From positions 2,303 through 66,302 of IMG/VR virus record IMGVR_UViG_3300023110_000034: 64,000 nucleotides of DNA; one strand, given 5' to 3'. This DNA comes from a virus. How positions within the stretch are numbered: position 1 is the stretch's first letter; each line of letters starts with the position of its first letter. Shown piece by piece: positions 38,614 through 48,493 of the stretch. The position numbers were made by a program, and so were the translations under genes. A model generated the notes under the pieces. The model saw only the letters and a program-made list of their open reading frames with translations. It was not told the DNA's origin and did no database searches.

Positions 38614-41600
38614 ATGCCAGAAATTAAGCATGTATTTACCTCAGGTCGAATGAATAAAGACCTGGATGAAAGAGCTATACCTAATAACGAGTATAGAGAT
38701 GCTTTAAATGTTCAGGTATCAACTTCTGATGGAAGTGATGTTGGTGCATTACAGAATATATCTGGTAATCAGCAAATATCATTATTAACTGAAGAAGGGG
38801 CAAAAGTAATAGGCTCAGTAAGAGATACTGAAAATAATAGAATATATTGGTTTGTAGCTAGTAATGCTAAAAGTTTAATTGTTGAATATAATGAAGAAAC
38901 TAATTTAGCTTACCCTGTATTAGTTGACGTACACAATATTTTAAAGTTTAGTGAAAACTATTTAATTACTGGCGCTAATATAATTGATGGTTTATTGTTT
39001 TTTACAGATAATCAAACTGAGCCTAAAAAAATAAACATAGAAAAGTTTAAAGCTGGGACACCTAATTTTAATGATCATTCACAATTATATAATAGACGTT
39101 TTGCTGAAGCTGATATTACTGTTATAAAGAAAAAACCAAATAATGCACCTAAAATTGTACTTTATGATACAGTAGGTAGTGATAATATACAATCAAGTAC
39201 ATTTTTTAATTTTTCAAAAAATAATGGGGCTGATCCAGTAGAAGTTGGGGAGTCATATACAGTTAACTTGTTAAATTCTAATTTAGACTGGAATATTGGC
39301 GATATATTAGTTTTTGAATATGAGCAAAACTCAGGTCAATTTAGTACAAACTGGGATCCCATAAAAATAAAAGGATTAATTACTTCATATAATAAAGGAA
39401 CTACAGTAACTGTTGAAATTGTAACAGCCACTGATAATTTTGCAAATGAGGCAGCCCAATATAGTATAACTATTGAACAGCCAAACCCTTTATTTGAATT
39501 AAAATTTCCAAGATTTGCATATAGATGGAAATATGAAGATGGTGAATACTCTGTGTTTTCACCTTTTTCAGAAGTAGCATTTTTACCAGGTGAAATAAAA
39601 TACAACGCCAAAGATGGGTATAATGAAGGAATGCTCAATACTGTTAGAAAAATAAATTTATATTCTTTTGATACTCCTCCTGATAATGTTGAAGAAGTAG
39701 AGATATTATATAAAGAATCAAATAATAATAACATATATACTATTGAATCTTTAAAAAAAGAAGATTTAAATAGTTACGATATTAAGTCTGAAATTATATA
39801 TAAAGTAGTTGAAAATAATCAATTGCTTAGAGCATGGGATAATGTGCCTAAAAAAGCAAAAGCACAAGAAATTACAGCAAATAGATTAATGTTTGGTAAT
39901 TATACTCAAGGGTATAATATAGAAACAGAGCCAAATATTTCTGTTAAAATTAAATCAAAAAATGATTCTGGTGCTTCTGTAAAATCTGACCGTACATATC
40001 AAATAGGTACAGTATTTGAGGATATATATGGTAGACAATCACCTGTTATTGCAAATCAATCTGGTGTTATTAAGTTAGACAGAGCGGCTTCAGATAAAAA
40101 AAATAGTATTACAGTTACTGGTATTGACACACCCCCTAGCTGGGCATCAAAGTTTAAATACTATGTAAAAGAAACATCTGCTCCATACTATAATGTATTA
40201 GTAGATAAATATTATAGAAACAAAGAAGAGCCAAATTCTATATGGTTTTCTTTGCCTTCATCAGAACGTAATAAAGTTACAGAAGATACTTATTTAATAT
40301 TAAAGAAACAGCATGGCGCGGATATTGCGGTAGATGATACTACAACAAAATATAAAATATTAGATATTGATAATGAAGCACCTAATTTTTTAACAGATAA
40401 ATTTAAAAATAAAGGGCAAATTAAATTAACTAGTATCACTACTAATTTAATATCTAACTCTAGTTTACTGCAAGCTAATATAGAACCAAATGAAACATTA
40501 GAAGCTACATTAGCCGCGGGGTCTAAAATAAAATTAGTAAATTCAAGCGGGACTAAAAGCGATATTTATACTGTATCAAACGTAACTTTTGATGATACTA
40601 ATAATGATGATAAATCTGATACAATTTCTTTAACTATAAATGAAGTATTTAATGAAAGTGATATAAATGTTTTTGGTTCTGAAACAAGTTATAATATTGT
40701 TTTTGGTGAAATTGAAACCAAAGTTTCTCCAGAATTTAAAAATAGATTTTTTATAAAATTACGTATTGATTCTTTATTAAAAGAAAATATTATAGGGGTT
40801 GAATCTATTAAAACAGAAAATCAAAGTGAACATACAATTGTTGCTGGGATGACATTAATAGGTGATACATATACAAATATAAACCCAGATTGTACGGGGA
40901 GAAGAACAGACGAAAATTCTGGTTATTATTGGCCCGGTCCTGGAGATCCAAGCGTTACACCAATACAAGTAGGAAGTAATAAAATTTATATTAGAAGAAC
41001 AGGGCAAGAATTTAAAGATAAAAATAGTGTTTTTGATGATAACAAATTAAAAATAGGAAAAAGTTCTTTTAAATTTTCAGAGGCATTAGATACTATAGAC
41101 GCAAAAATTAGATTTGAGGACGATCCAAATTTAGAAACATATACTATAAAATCATCTACTAGAACTGATGGTTATCATTTTAGAGGCAGAGAAGAGGAAA
41201 GAATATGTAATTATTATGTTCAATGGGAAATAACACTTGATAAAAATATTGATTTTACAGCTAATACAACTTCTCAAAATAAAAGAATATATTTTTTAGA
41301 AAGTAATTTTAATGAAGAAGAAAATCAGTTATCTGTAAATTCACCAATAATATTTGAAACAGAACCGGAAGAGGTTGCTGATTTAGATTTATATTATGAA
41401 ACTGAAGAGTCTTATGATATTGGACAATGGTTTTATGAAAAAGAATTAAGATGGTTTAATTGTTTTTCTTTTGGTAATGGTGTTGAATCTGATAGAATAC
41501 GTGATGATTTTAATGGCATTACTATGGGCAAAGGGGTTCGTGTTAGCTCTGTAATTGCAGAACAGTTTAAAGAGGAACAAAAGAAAAATACTATTATATT

Positions 41601-42633
41601 TTCGGGTATATATAACAGTATAAATGGTATAAATCAAACTAATCAGTTTAATCAAGCTGAAGCTATAACAAAAGATATTAATCCAGAATATGGATCAATA
41701 CAGAAGCTGCATGCTAGAGAGGGTGATTTAATTGCTTTGACTGAAGATAAAGTTTTAGGTATATCAGCTGGGAAAGATGTTTTATTTAATGCCGATGGAA
41801 ACCCCAACTTAATATCTTCTACAAATGTATTAGGCTACGTAAGACCTTACGCTGGAAATTTTGGTATATCTAAAAATCCAGAGTCATTTGCTGAATATGG
41901 TAATAGATTCTATTTTACTGACAAAGCTAGAAATGCTGTATTAAGATTTTCAGGAGGTATAGGAGGAGGTGATGGATTAACAGTCATATCTAATTATGGT
42001 ATGTCTGATTATTTCAAAGATTTATTATCCTCAAATTCCGGTGCGTTTATTGGTAGCTTTGATGAAGATCTTGGTACATATAATATATCAATAGCGGATC
42101 AAACTGTTGGCTTTGACGAAATGGTAAAAGGTTGGACTTCAAGATATAGCTATATACCAGAAAATGGTATTAGTTTAAATGCTAAATATTATACATTTAA
42201 AAATGGTAATTTATGGCTTCATAATGTAGAGAGCCGATCAAAAAATAATTTTTACAATATTCAATATTCATCTAAAGTTACTTTCTTTTTTAATGAAGAT
42301 TCATCAGTTATTAAAAAGTTTAAAACTTTAGGTTATGAAGGAGATAGTAATTGGGTAGCTAATTATATAAAAACAAATTTACAAGATGGTTCAGTAACAA
42401 AATTTATTGATAAAGAAGGTAAGTTTTTTAATTATATAAAAGGTGATAAAACTTATTTAGATATTCCAGGCAGAGAAGATAATTGGGATAGTAAACAATT
42501 TTCAAGTCAAGGAATTGGTAATGTAACTACATTAGCAGGTGATACAACAATAACAGAGGTAAGAATGGATGTTTATATAGTTGGAACAGTAGTAGAATGG
42601 AAGGGTGATACATATGAATGTGTACAAACATAA
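38614..42633 (+). CDS. Tail stabilisation/nozzle protein
   Basis: GRMNKDLDER...YRDALN start, FGISKNPES, GWTSRYSY.PE; 1339 aa. Confidence 0.8.
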   Translation: MPEIKHVFTSGRMNKDLDERAIPNNEYRDALNVQVSTSDGSDVGALQNISGNQQISLLTEEGAKVIGSVRDTENNRIYWFVASNAKSLIVEYNEETNLAYPVLVDVHNILKFSENYLITGANIIDGLLFFTDNQTEPKKINIEKFKAGTPNFNDHSQLYNRRFAEADITVIKKKPNNAPKIVLYDTVGSDNIQSSTFFNFSKNNGADPVEVGESYTVNLLNSNLDWNIGDILVFEYEQNSGQFSTNWDPIKIKGLITSYNKGTTVTVEIVTATDNFANEAAQYSITIEQPNPLFELKFPRFAYRWKYEDGEYSVFSPFSEVAFLPGEIKYNAKDGYNEGMLNTVRKINLYSFDTPPDNVEEVEILYKESNNNNIYTIESLKKEDLNSYDIKSEIIYKVVENNQLLRAWDNVPKKAKAQEITANRLMFGNYTQGYNIETEPNISVKIKSKNDSGASVKSDRTYQIGTVFEDIYGRQSPVIANQSGVIKLDRAASDKKNSITVTGIDTPPSWASKFKYYVKETSAPYYNVLVDKYYRNKEEPNSIWFSLPSSERNKVTEDTYLILKKQHGADIAVDDTTTKYKILDIDNEAPNFLTDKFKNKGQIKLTSITTNLISNSSLLQANIEPNETLEATLAAGSKIKLVNSSGTKSDIYTVSNVTFDDTNNDDKSDTISLTINEVFNESDINVFGSETSYNIVFGEIETKVSPEFKNRFFIKLRIDSLLKENIIGVESIKTENQSEHTIVAGMTLIGDTYTNINPDCTGRRTDENSGYYWPGPGDPSVTPIQVGSNKIYIRRTGQEFKDKNSVFDDNKLKIGKSSFKFSEALDTIDAKIRFEDDPNLETYTIKSSTRTDGYHFRGREEERICNYYVQWEITLDKNIDFTANTTSQNKRIYFLESNFNEEENQLSVNSPIIFETEPEEVADLDLYYETEESYDIGQWFYEKELRWFNCFSFGNGVESDRIRDDFNGITMGKGVRVSSVIAEQFKEEQKKNTIIFSGIYNSINGINQTNQFNQAEAITKDINPEYGSIQKLHAREGDLIALTEDKVLGISAGKDVLFNADGNPNLISSTNVLGYVRPYAGNFGISKNPESFAEYGNRFYFTDKARNAVLRFSGGIGGGDGLTVISNYGMSDYFKDLLSSNSGAFIGSFDEDLGTYNISIADQTVGFDEMVKGWTSRYSYIPENGISLNAKYYTFKNGNLWLHNVESRSKNNFYNIQYSSKVTFFFNEDSSVIKKFKTLGYEGDSNWVANYIKTNLQDGSVTKFIDKEGKFFNYIKGDKTYLDIPGREDNWDSKQFSSQGIGNVTTLAGDTTITEVRMDVYIVGTVVEWKGDTYECVQT

Positions 42634-42645
42634 TTAAAAAATAAA

Positions 42646-43650
42646 ATGGCAAATTCAGGTTATAAAAATTGGTTAACACTTAAAAAATACATAAACGGTG
42701 TAGCTACAGATGAAACAAAAACGAATGCATCTAGTGATCCAGACTATATTGCACCGGTTTTAGATGAAACAACATGCCCCACAACTTCTAATAGTTGTCC
42801 TACCTTAAGTACAGCTATATCTAATGTAGCTGCTAATGCAGGGGCTGTAGACCAAACTATAAATTTAAATAACCACTTTAGTGATTTGGATGGTGATACT
42901 TTAACATACACTGCGGTATCATCAAGTACTAATATTGTAACTACTTCTATAGCATCGAATATATTAACACTTTCTTTTTCAGAAACAGGGGGGAGCTCTA
43001 CAATAACAGTTACTGCATCAGATGGCACGTGTAGTGCTGAAGGAACTTTTAGCGTTACAGTAACAGAAGTTTCTACGGCTTGTGTTACTGGGTTAACAGC
43101 TTTACTTGGCGTATTTAGTGGGAGTACTTCTGATATTGCTTGTACTCCAACTTTAAACACAGCTACTTTTCTTATTTTTGGGGATGGCACTAGTATAACA
43201 AATTCAACAAACTTTTATTCAGCTGTTGATGGTTGTACAACATTACCAGCGGGTTTTTATGCACAAGCAGATCCATCAGATCCAACCACATTAACAAATT
43301 GGGTTCAAGTAAATTCTTCCGGAGTTAAAATTGATAGTGGGTTATGTGATACTTCAGTACCTGCCCCAGCACCCGAACCAACACCTTATACTGGTTTAAC
43401 TAGATGCGATAACAATACAGTTACTTGGTATACAAACTACGAAGTGAATTTTAATGATGGAACAAGAGGTCCTGCAGGAAGTGGTAATACTTTTTTTAGT
43501 GCTGGTTTAGTATGTTATATTACTAGTGGAACAATATATGATATATCAGGTAAAACATTTATAGATGGAACTGCCGCAAGACCAGGGCAAAGTGATGACT
43601 GTGATTGTGATTGTTATGGCATGAATTGTGGGTCAACTCCTCTTTATTAA
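42646..43650 (+). CDS. Cys/Thr-rich virion accessory protein with Ig/cadherin-like domain
   Basis: TK.N..DPDYIAPV.D...CP N-terminal motif; FSDLDGDTLTY...ITVTASDG; Cys-rich end. Confidence 0.7.
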   Translation: MANSGYKNWLTLKKYINGVATDETKTNASSDPDYIAPVLDETTCPTTSNSCPTLSTAISNVAANAGAVDQTINLNNHFSDLDGDTLTYTAVSSSTNIVTTSIASNILTLSFSETGGSSTITVTASDGTCSAEGTFSVTVTEVSTACVTGLTALLGVFSGSTSDIACTPTLNTATFLIFGDGTSITNSTNFYSAVDGCTTLPAGFYAQADPSDPTTLTNWVQVNSSGVKIDSGLCDTSVPAPAPEPTPYTGLTRCDNNTVTWYTNYEVNFNDGTRGPAGSGNTFFSAGLVCYITSGTIYDISGKTFIDGTAARPGQSDDCDCDCYGMNCGSTPLY

Positions 43651-43659
43651 TAATAAAAA

Positions 43660-45126
43660 ATGGCTTTAATAAATTTTAATTCTTCAGTTTGTAATTATAC
43701 AACTTCAGCAAAAGTAATTGCTGCTGCACCTGGCTCTATAGCAACAAATACCTATGAATATGTTGATTTAGAAATGGTACCAGACAGTGGATACTATTTA
43801 GATGCAACAGAGTTTACGTATTTATCAAATGATTATGTAGACTACGTTACATTTATGGCTGATGGAAATAATTTAAAAGCTAGAGTTTATTTAAAAGATT
43901 TTACTTGGCCATCAGAAAGAACTGATTTAGAAGTTCCTATATCAGGTTGTGCAAGTGTATTAATTACTACAACAACTACAACAACCACAATAGCCCCTAC
44001 CACTACAACTACAACTGCTATTGCTTGTCCTGCAATATCTGGATATTTTATAAATAAAAGTATTATTGAATTGCGTGGTGAAACAAGGATATTTAAAGTG
44101 TATGGACAACAAGGTGCTGAGTTTTCATATACTGTAGTAGATAATGGCAATGGTATTTCATTAGATACAGGAACGGAAACAATTCCATATTCAGGTTTTG
44201 TTAATATAGAAATTGTAGTTCCATTAGTATCAGCAGCAAGGGTACTTGATGTAACTATTACAACTGCACAATCTTGTACATTACAATTACAAACACAGCC
44301 TGCAACATTTAAATTATACCAAGGTATCGACGAAGAATGGCTAGGGGATACTTATGAATGTTGTGAAGCGGCGGGGGTATTACAAAGCACAAATTGTGTT
44401 GGATATGATTTATATGGTACATATACTGATGGGCAGTGTGGCACTACAAATAGTTTAATTGAAACTAATTCTGCTACTTGTGGATATGTACCGCCAACAA
44501 CAACTACCACTACATCCGGTACTACAACAACAACAACTGCAGCTCCTTGTACTGACTGTGCGGGAGATATTAGCTCAATATCAGACTTTTCAGCAGCTGT
44601 TGGCGGAACTACAGGAACTATAAATGTTACCGGAACTAATATTTCACCATCTTCTGTATATACTTGGGATCCAAACTTAGTTACTGTTAGCTTGAGTGGA
44701 AGTACATTAACTTGGACTACAAATAGTAGTAATAATTGCGGAACAGCCCATGTAAGAGTATTTGCTAGTAATACTGCTGGAGGAAATTGTTGTACCGAGG
44801 CAGAAGATTTCTATATTACTGTAACTGGTTGCACAGGGACAACTACTACTACAACAGGTACTACTACTACTACAACAAGTACTACTACCACAACAACAAC
44901 AACTACTACAACGACTACTATTGCTCCTCAAGAGTGCTATCAATATTATATTGGTGCTGATGGAGGCGAGCCAGTAACTTTCACTTATACCCCATGTGGA
45001 AGTCAATCGTCAACAAGCGTTACATTACCAAATGGACAGAATCAAACAATATGTGCAGTTGTAAATTCAGTTACAATGAATCCAAGTTCAGGAACTATTG
45101 GTTCTCCAACAAATACTTGTACTTAA
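43660..45126 (+). CDS. Mucin-like poly-Thr, Cys-rich virion protein
   Basis: Poly-Thr tracts at 43966-44016, 44497-44538 and 44839-44919 separate Cys-rich modules. Confidence 0.75.
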   Translation: MALINFNSSVCNYTTSAKVIAAAPGSIATNTYEYVDLEMVPDSGYYLDATEFTYLSNDYVDYVTFMADGNNLKARVYLKDFTWPSERTDLEVPISGCASVLITTTTTTTTIAPTTTTTTAIACPAISGYFINKSIIELRGETRIFKVYGQQGAEFSYTVVDNGNGISLDTGTETIPYSGFVNIEIVVPLVSAARVLDVTITTAQSCTLQLQTQPATFKLYQGIDEEWLGDTYECCEAAGVLQSTNCVGYDLYGTYTDGQCGTTNSLIETNSATCGYVPPTTTTTTSGTTTTTTAAPCTDCAGDISSISDFSAAVGGTTGTINVTGTNISPSSVYTWDPNLVTVSLSGSTLTWTTNSSNNCGTAHVRVFASNTAGGNCCTEAEDFYITVTGCTGTTTTTTGTTTTTTSTTTTTTTTTTTTTIAPQECYQYYIGADGGEPVTFTYTPCGSQSSTSVTLPNGQNQTICAVVNSVTMNPSSGTIGSPTNTCT

Positions 45127-45137
45127 AATTAAATTAA

Positions 45138-46043
45138 ATGAAATATATATGTGCCCAACCTGCTACTCAATATTTTGGGTGGCAGATTGATGTATTAATA
45201 AATAGTCTTATATCTAATGGTGTATTTCAGCAAGATATTCATGTAGTAAATGCAATACACGGAGAAATAAGTCCATATTTTAATAAATTAAAAGATAAAT
45301 ATCCTTATGTATTGTTTGAATTTTATGATGATACAAGAAATTATAAAGAATATATACCATCAATAAAACAGCATTTACTATATAAACATTATAATAAATA
45401 TAGTTATTTAGAAAACGAAACTATATTACTATTAGATGCGGATGTTGCTTTTATAAGACCAATTGATTTTAGTGCATTATTAAATGATGATATATGGTAT
45501 TTAAGTGATACTAATAGTTATTTAAATTATGACTATATAAAATCAAAAGGTGATGATGTATTAATTACAATGCTAGAAATAGCTAATATTGATGAGCAAT
45601 TAGTTAAAAATAATAATAAAAACTCAGGAGGAGCACAGTATTTAATTAAAAATATTAATAAAGAATATTGGAGCGAAGTAGTTGAATTATCTCATAAATT
45701 ATACCAATCTATTAGTAAACTTAATGAAGAAAAAGTGAAAGCTGACCCAAGCCATCATCCTTTGCAAATTTGGACTGCTGAAATGTGGGCATTATTATGG
45801 GTTGCTTGGAAGTGCGGTATTGAAACAAAAATATCACCTTTAATGAATTTTTGTTGGGCAACTGACTCTATATTTAAATGGGATAAAGATGCCATATATC
45901 ATAATGCTGGTGTTACAGCAGAAATGGATCATTTATTTTTTAAAGGCAAATATATTGATAATATACCCACAAAAAATATTGAAGTTAGCAATAAGCATTG
46001 TTCTTATAATTACTATCAATTAGTAAAACAAGTGGTAGCTTAA
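45138..46043 (+). CDS. GT-A glycosyltransferase resembling HPAT/serine galactosyltransferase (GT95/GT96)
   Basis: Y..WQ start, Y.PSIK.H, DxD in LLLDADVAFIRP, GGAQY, WTAEMWA, IYH. Confidence 0.75.
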   Translation: MKYICAQPATQYFGWQIDVLINSLISNGVFQQDIHVVNAIHGEISPYFNKLKDKYPYVLFEFYDDTRNYKEYIPSIKQHLLYKHYNKYSYLENETILLLDADVAFIRPIDFSALLNDDIWYLSDTNSYLNYDYIKSKGDDVLITMLEIANIDEQLVKNNNKNSGGAQYLIKNINKEYWSEVVELSHKLYQSISKLNEEKVKADPSHHPLQIWTAEMWALLWVAWKCGIETKISPLMNFCWATDSIFKWDKDAIYHNAGVTAEMDHLFFKGKYIDNIPTKNIEVSNKHCSYNYYQLVKQVVA

Positions 46044-46073
46044 CAACTTAATAAACATCGTAATAATAATAGC

Positions 46074-46400
46074 ATGGATAGTATAACTTTAACATTTCCT
46101 AAAGACTTAAACGTATCGTTACAAAAAAGTGTAGGTGATATTGTTTATTTTTTAGATGATGAAGGTGAAAAAAGACGTATTGGTATTTGTACTGATATAT
46201 CTGATAAAACTATTACGTGTAGTATAGAAGCTTGGCGTAAAAGACCAAGTGCTGGAAACTATATATTTTTCGGTAAAGAAAACATTATAAATTCATCTGG
46301 GCTGGTAGGTTACTATGCTGAAGTTGAAATGGAAAACACAAGTACAACAAAGAAAGAACTCTTTGCTGTAAATTCAGAAATATTTTTAAGTAGTAATTAA
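46074..46400 (+). CDS. Hypothetical structural protein
   Basis: 108 aa; SSGLVGYYA...ELFAV.SE. Confidence 0.65.
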   Translation: MDSITLTFPKDLNVSLQKSVGDIVYFLDDEGEKRRIGICTDISDKTITCSIEAWRKRPSAGNYIFFGKENIINSSGLVGYYAEVEMENTSTTKKELFAVNSEIFLSSN

Positions 46401-46402
46401 TT

Positions 46403-47041
46403 ATGAGTTTTGGAAAAACATTAGGCGCGGCAGCTAAGTCTGATCCAGGATCTTTTGGACAAGTAGCGCAGGGTTTAACGCAGCTTGGTACTTCATTAAT
46501 TGGGGGAAAAGCTAGAAAAAAAGAGCAAAAAGCAGCGGGACAAGAATTAGGGCAGCGAAAGCAGGCATATGAAAGTTTTCAATTTGTTAATCCATATGCC
46601 AATATGGAAAATACATATGAGGATTTAACCGTAAATCAACAGGCTGCACAATTCCAATTACAACAGGGGCAACAGGCATTAGCTTCTACGATGGCTAGTG
46701 CACAGCAAGCTGCGGGATCCTCAGGAATAGCTTCTCTTGCTCAAGTATTAGCCCAACAACAACAAGCAAATATTCAACAAGCAACAGTTTCTTTAGCCGC
46801 TCAAGAGCAGGCAAATCAAATAGCTAAAGCGCAAGCGGCTGAGTCTATACAAAAAATGGGAGCTGAAGGGCAAGCAATGAAACAGGAATTTGAACTTGGT
46901 AGAACTGAAACTTTATTTGATATGGCTTCGCAAAGAAAATTAAGAGCTGATGAAGCTAGAGCTCAGGCTACTCAAGATTTAATTGGAGGTGTTGCTAATG
47001 TTGCTGTGGGGGCAGGTAGAATAGCGGCAGCAGGCGCTTAA
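46403..47041 (+). CDS. Gln/Ala-rich helical ejection (DNA pilot-like) protein
   Basis: Q/A-rich coiled coil with Gly/Ala-rich ends. Confidence 0.65.
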   Translation: MSFGKTLGAAAKSDPGSFGQVAQGLTQLGTSLIGGKARKKEQKAAGQELGQRKQAYESFQFVNPYANMENTYEDLTVNQQAAQFQLQQGQQALASTMASAQQAAGSSGIASLAQVLAQQQQANIQQATVSLAAQEQANQIAKAQAAESIQKMGAEGQAMKQEFELGRTETLFDMASQRKLRADEARAQATQDLIGGVANVAVGAGRIAAAGA

Positions 47042-47060
47042 TAAAATTAAAAATTATACA

Positions 47061-48482
47061 ATGGCAAGTAGATATTATAATCCAAGATTAGCTTCAATAG
47101 CAGGGGCGGCGCAAGGGAAACCTTATGTATCTGCTAAACCTCAAATAGATGAAGCTTTTAATAAACTATATCGTTCTTTAGATATTAAAAGAGCTGAGCA
47201 AATAAAAAAACAAAAAGAAATTGATAGCCAAGTTTCTCGTATTAAATACGATAGTGACAAATGGCTATTGAGCCAACAACAAAAAAAAGGAAATATTCCT
47301 GAAAAACACAAAGCTGGCTTTTTATTAAGTGTGGGAAGTGAACTAAAAAAACTTTTTAAAGATTCTAATGACCCAAAGCTTCTTGCTGAAGAAAGCCAAA
47401 GAATTAAAATGAATGCAATTTCACAGCTTAATTCAATAGGTGATTCGTATGATAAAATAAATAATGCCATAGCCCCTAATGCTTTATTAATTAAAGAAAA
47501 TAAATATGATAAAGATTTATTAACAGAAGAAGCTTTAGACATTAATGCTAAATTACAAAATGGCGATTGGGTACCTAAAATAACAGAAAATGGGTATGAA
47601 CAAATTAAGCTTGGAGGAAGTGATGAATTTGTATCAACAGAAGAAATTCTTAAAAAAGCAGCATTAATACCTGATCAATCTGAGTTACATTCAACTATAA
47701 CTAAAAATATGATTGACGCTGCGGAAGAATTTGAAAAATCTGATTATCCCATTGACGTTTTTAAGTCAAAAATAAATAATGAAATATTATCTGGGCCATT
47801 AGATTATAAAACAGCTTTATCCTTAGCTGGCAAGATTGGCCTAGGAGGTCAAGAAAATATTGATTTAAAAAGATTAGCTTTAGCGTCTAGCGATGAAAAC
47901 GATTATGTTTATGAAGATTATGAATTTAATGAAAAAGGTGAATTTGTGAAAACAGGTAAGGTAATATCTGGAGAAGCTGGATTAATAGAAAGAGTAAAAG
48001 ATTATTATAGAAATGCTGCTGCACAATACGCAAGTCAATTTGAAAGTAACAGAATTGAAAAAGAAACAATAAGCACTACAAAAAGCAAAGATAGTACAGT
48101 TGAAAATATAGCAACCGCGGGGATAGAAGACATTGAAAAAGCTTTAACTGATTTTAATTTTTCAATATTAAATGGAAAAACTATAAACGGTAGAAAGGTA
48201 GAAAATACAGAAATTAAAAACGGTAAGCTAATAATAAATTATGTTGCTAGAACCACCAGCGAAGGCCAACAAATTGCCGAGAGTGAACCAATTGATTTAA
48301 ATGATCAAATGGCAATTAAAAATTTAACAGGGGAGTATTTAAAAAGTATTTATGGAAGCGATAAAACAATAGACCAAGCTATATTATCACTTAGAAATAA
48401 AGAAATAAAAACTATAGAAAAAGCTGCTCAAGAAAAATCTATATTATTTCCCTCACCTACAACAAAACCTCAATTACCTTAA
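47061..48482 (+). CDS. Putative internal virion/ejection protein
   Basis: 473-aa helical protein between the pilot-like and giant genes. Confidence 0.55.
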   Translation: MASRYYNPRLASIAGAAQGKPYVSAKPQIDEAFNKLYRSLDIKRAEQIKKQKEIDSQVSRIKYDSDKWLLSQQQKKGNIPEKHKAGFLLSVGSELKKLFKDSNDPKLLAEESQRIKMNAISQLNSIGDSYDKINNAIAPNALLIKENKYDKDLLTEEALDINAKLQNGDWVPKITENGYEQIKLGGSDEFVSTEEILKKAALIPDQSELHSTITKNMIDAAEEFEKSDYPIDVFKSKINNEILSGPLDYKTALSLAGKIGLGGQENIDLKRLALASSDENDYVYEDYEFNEKGEFVKTGKVISGEAGLIERVKDYYRNAAAQYASQFESNRIEKETISTTKSKDSTVENIATAGIEDIEKALTDFNFSILNGKTINGRKVENTEIKNGKLIINYVARTTSEGQQIAESEPIDLNDQMAIKNLTGEYLKSIYGSDKTIDQAILSLRNKEIKTIEKAAQEKSILFPSPTTKPQLP

Positions 48483-48493
48483 ATTAAATATAC

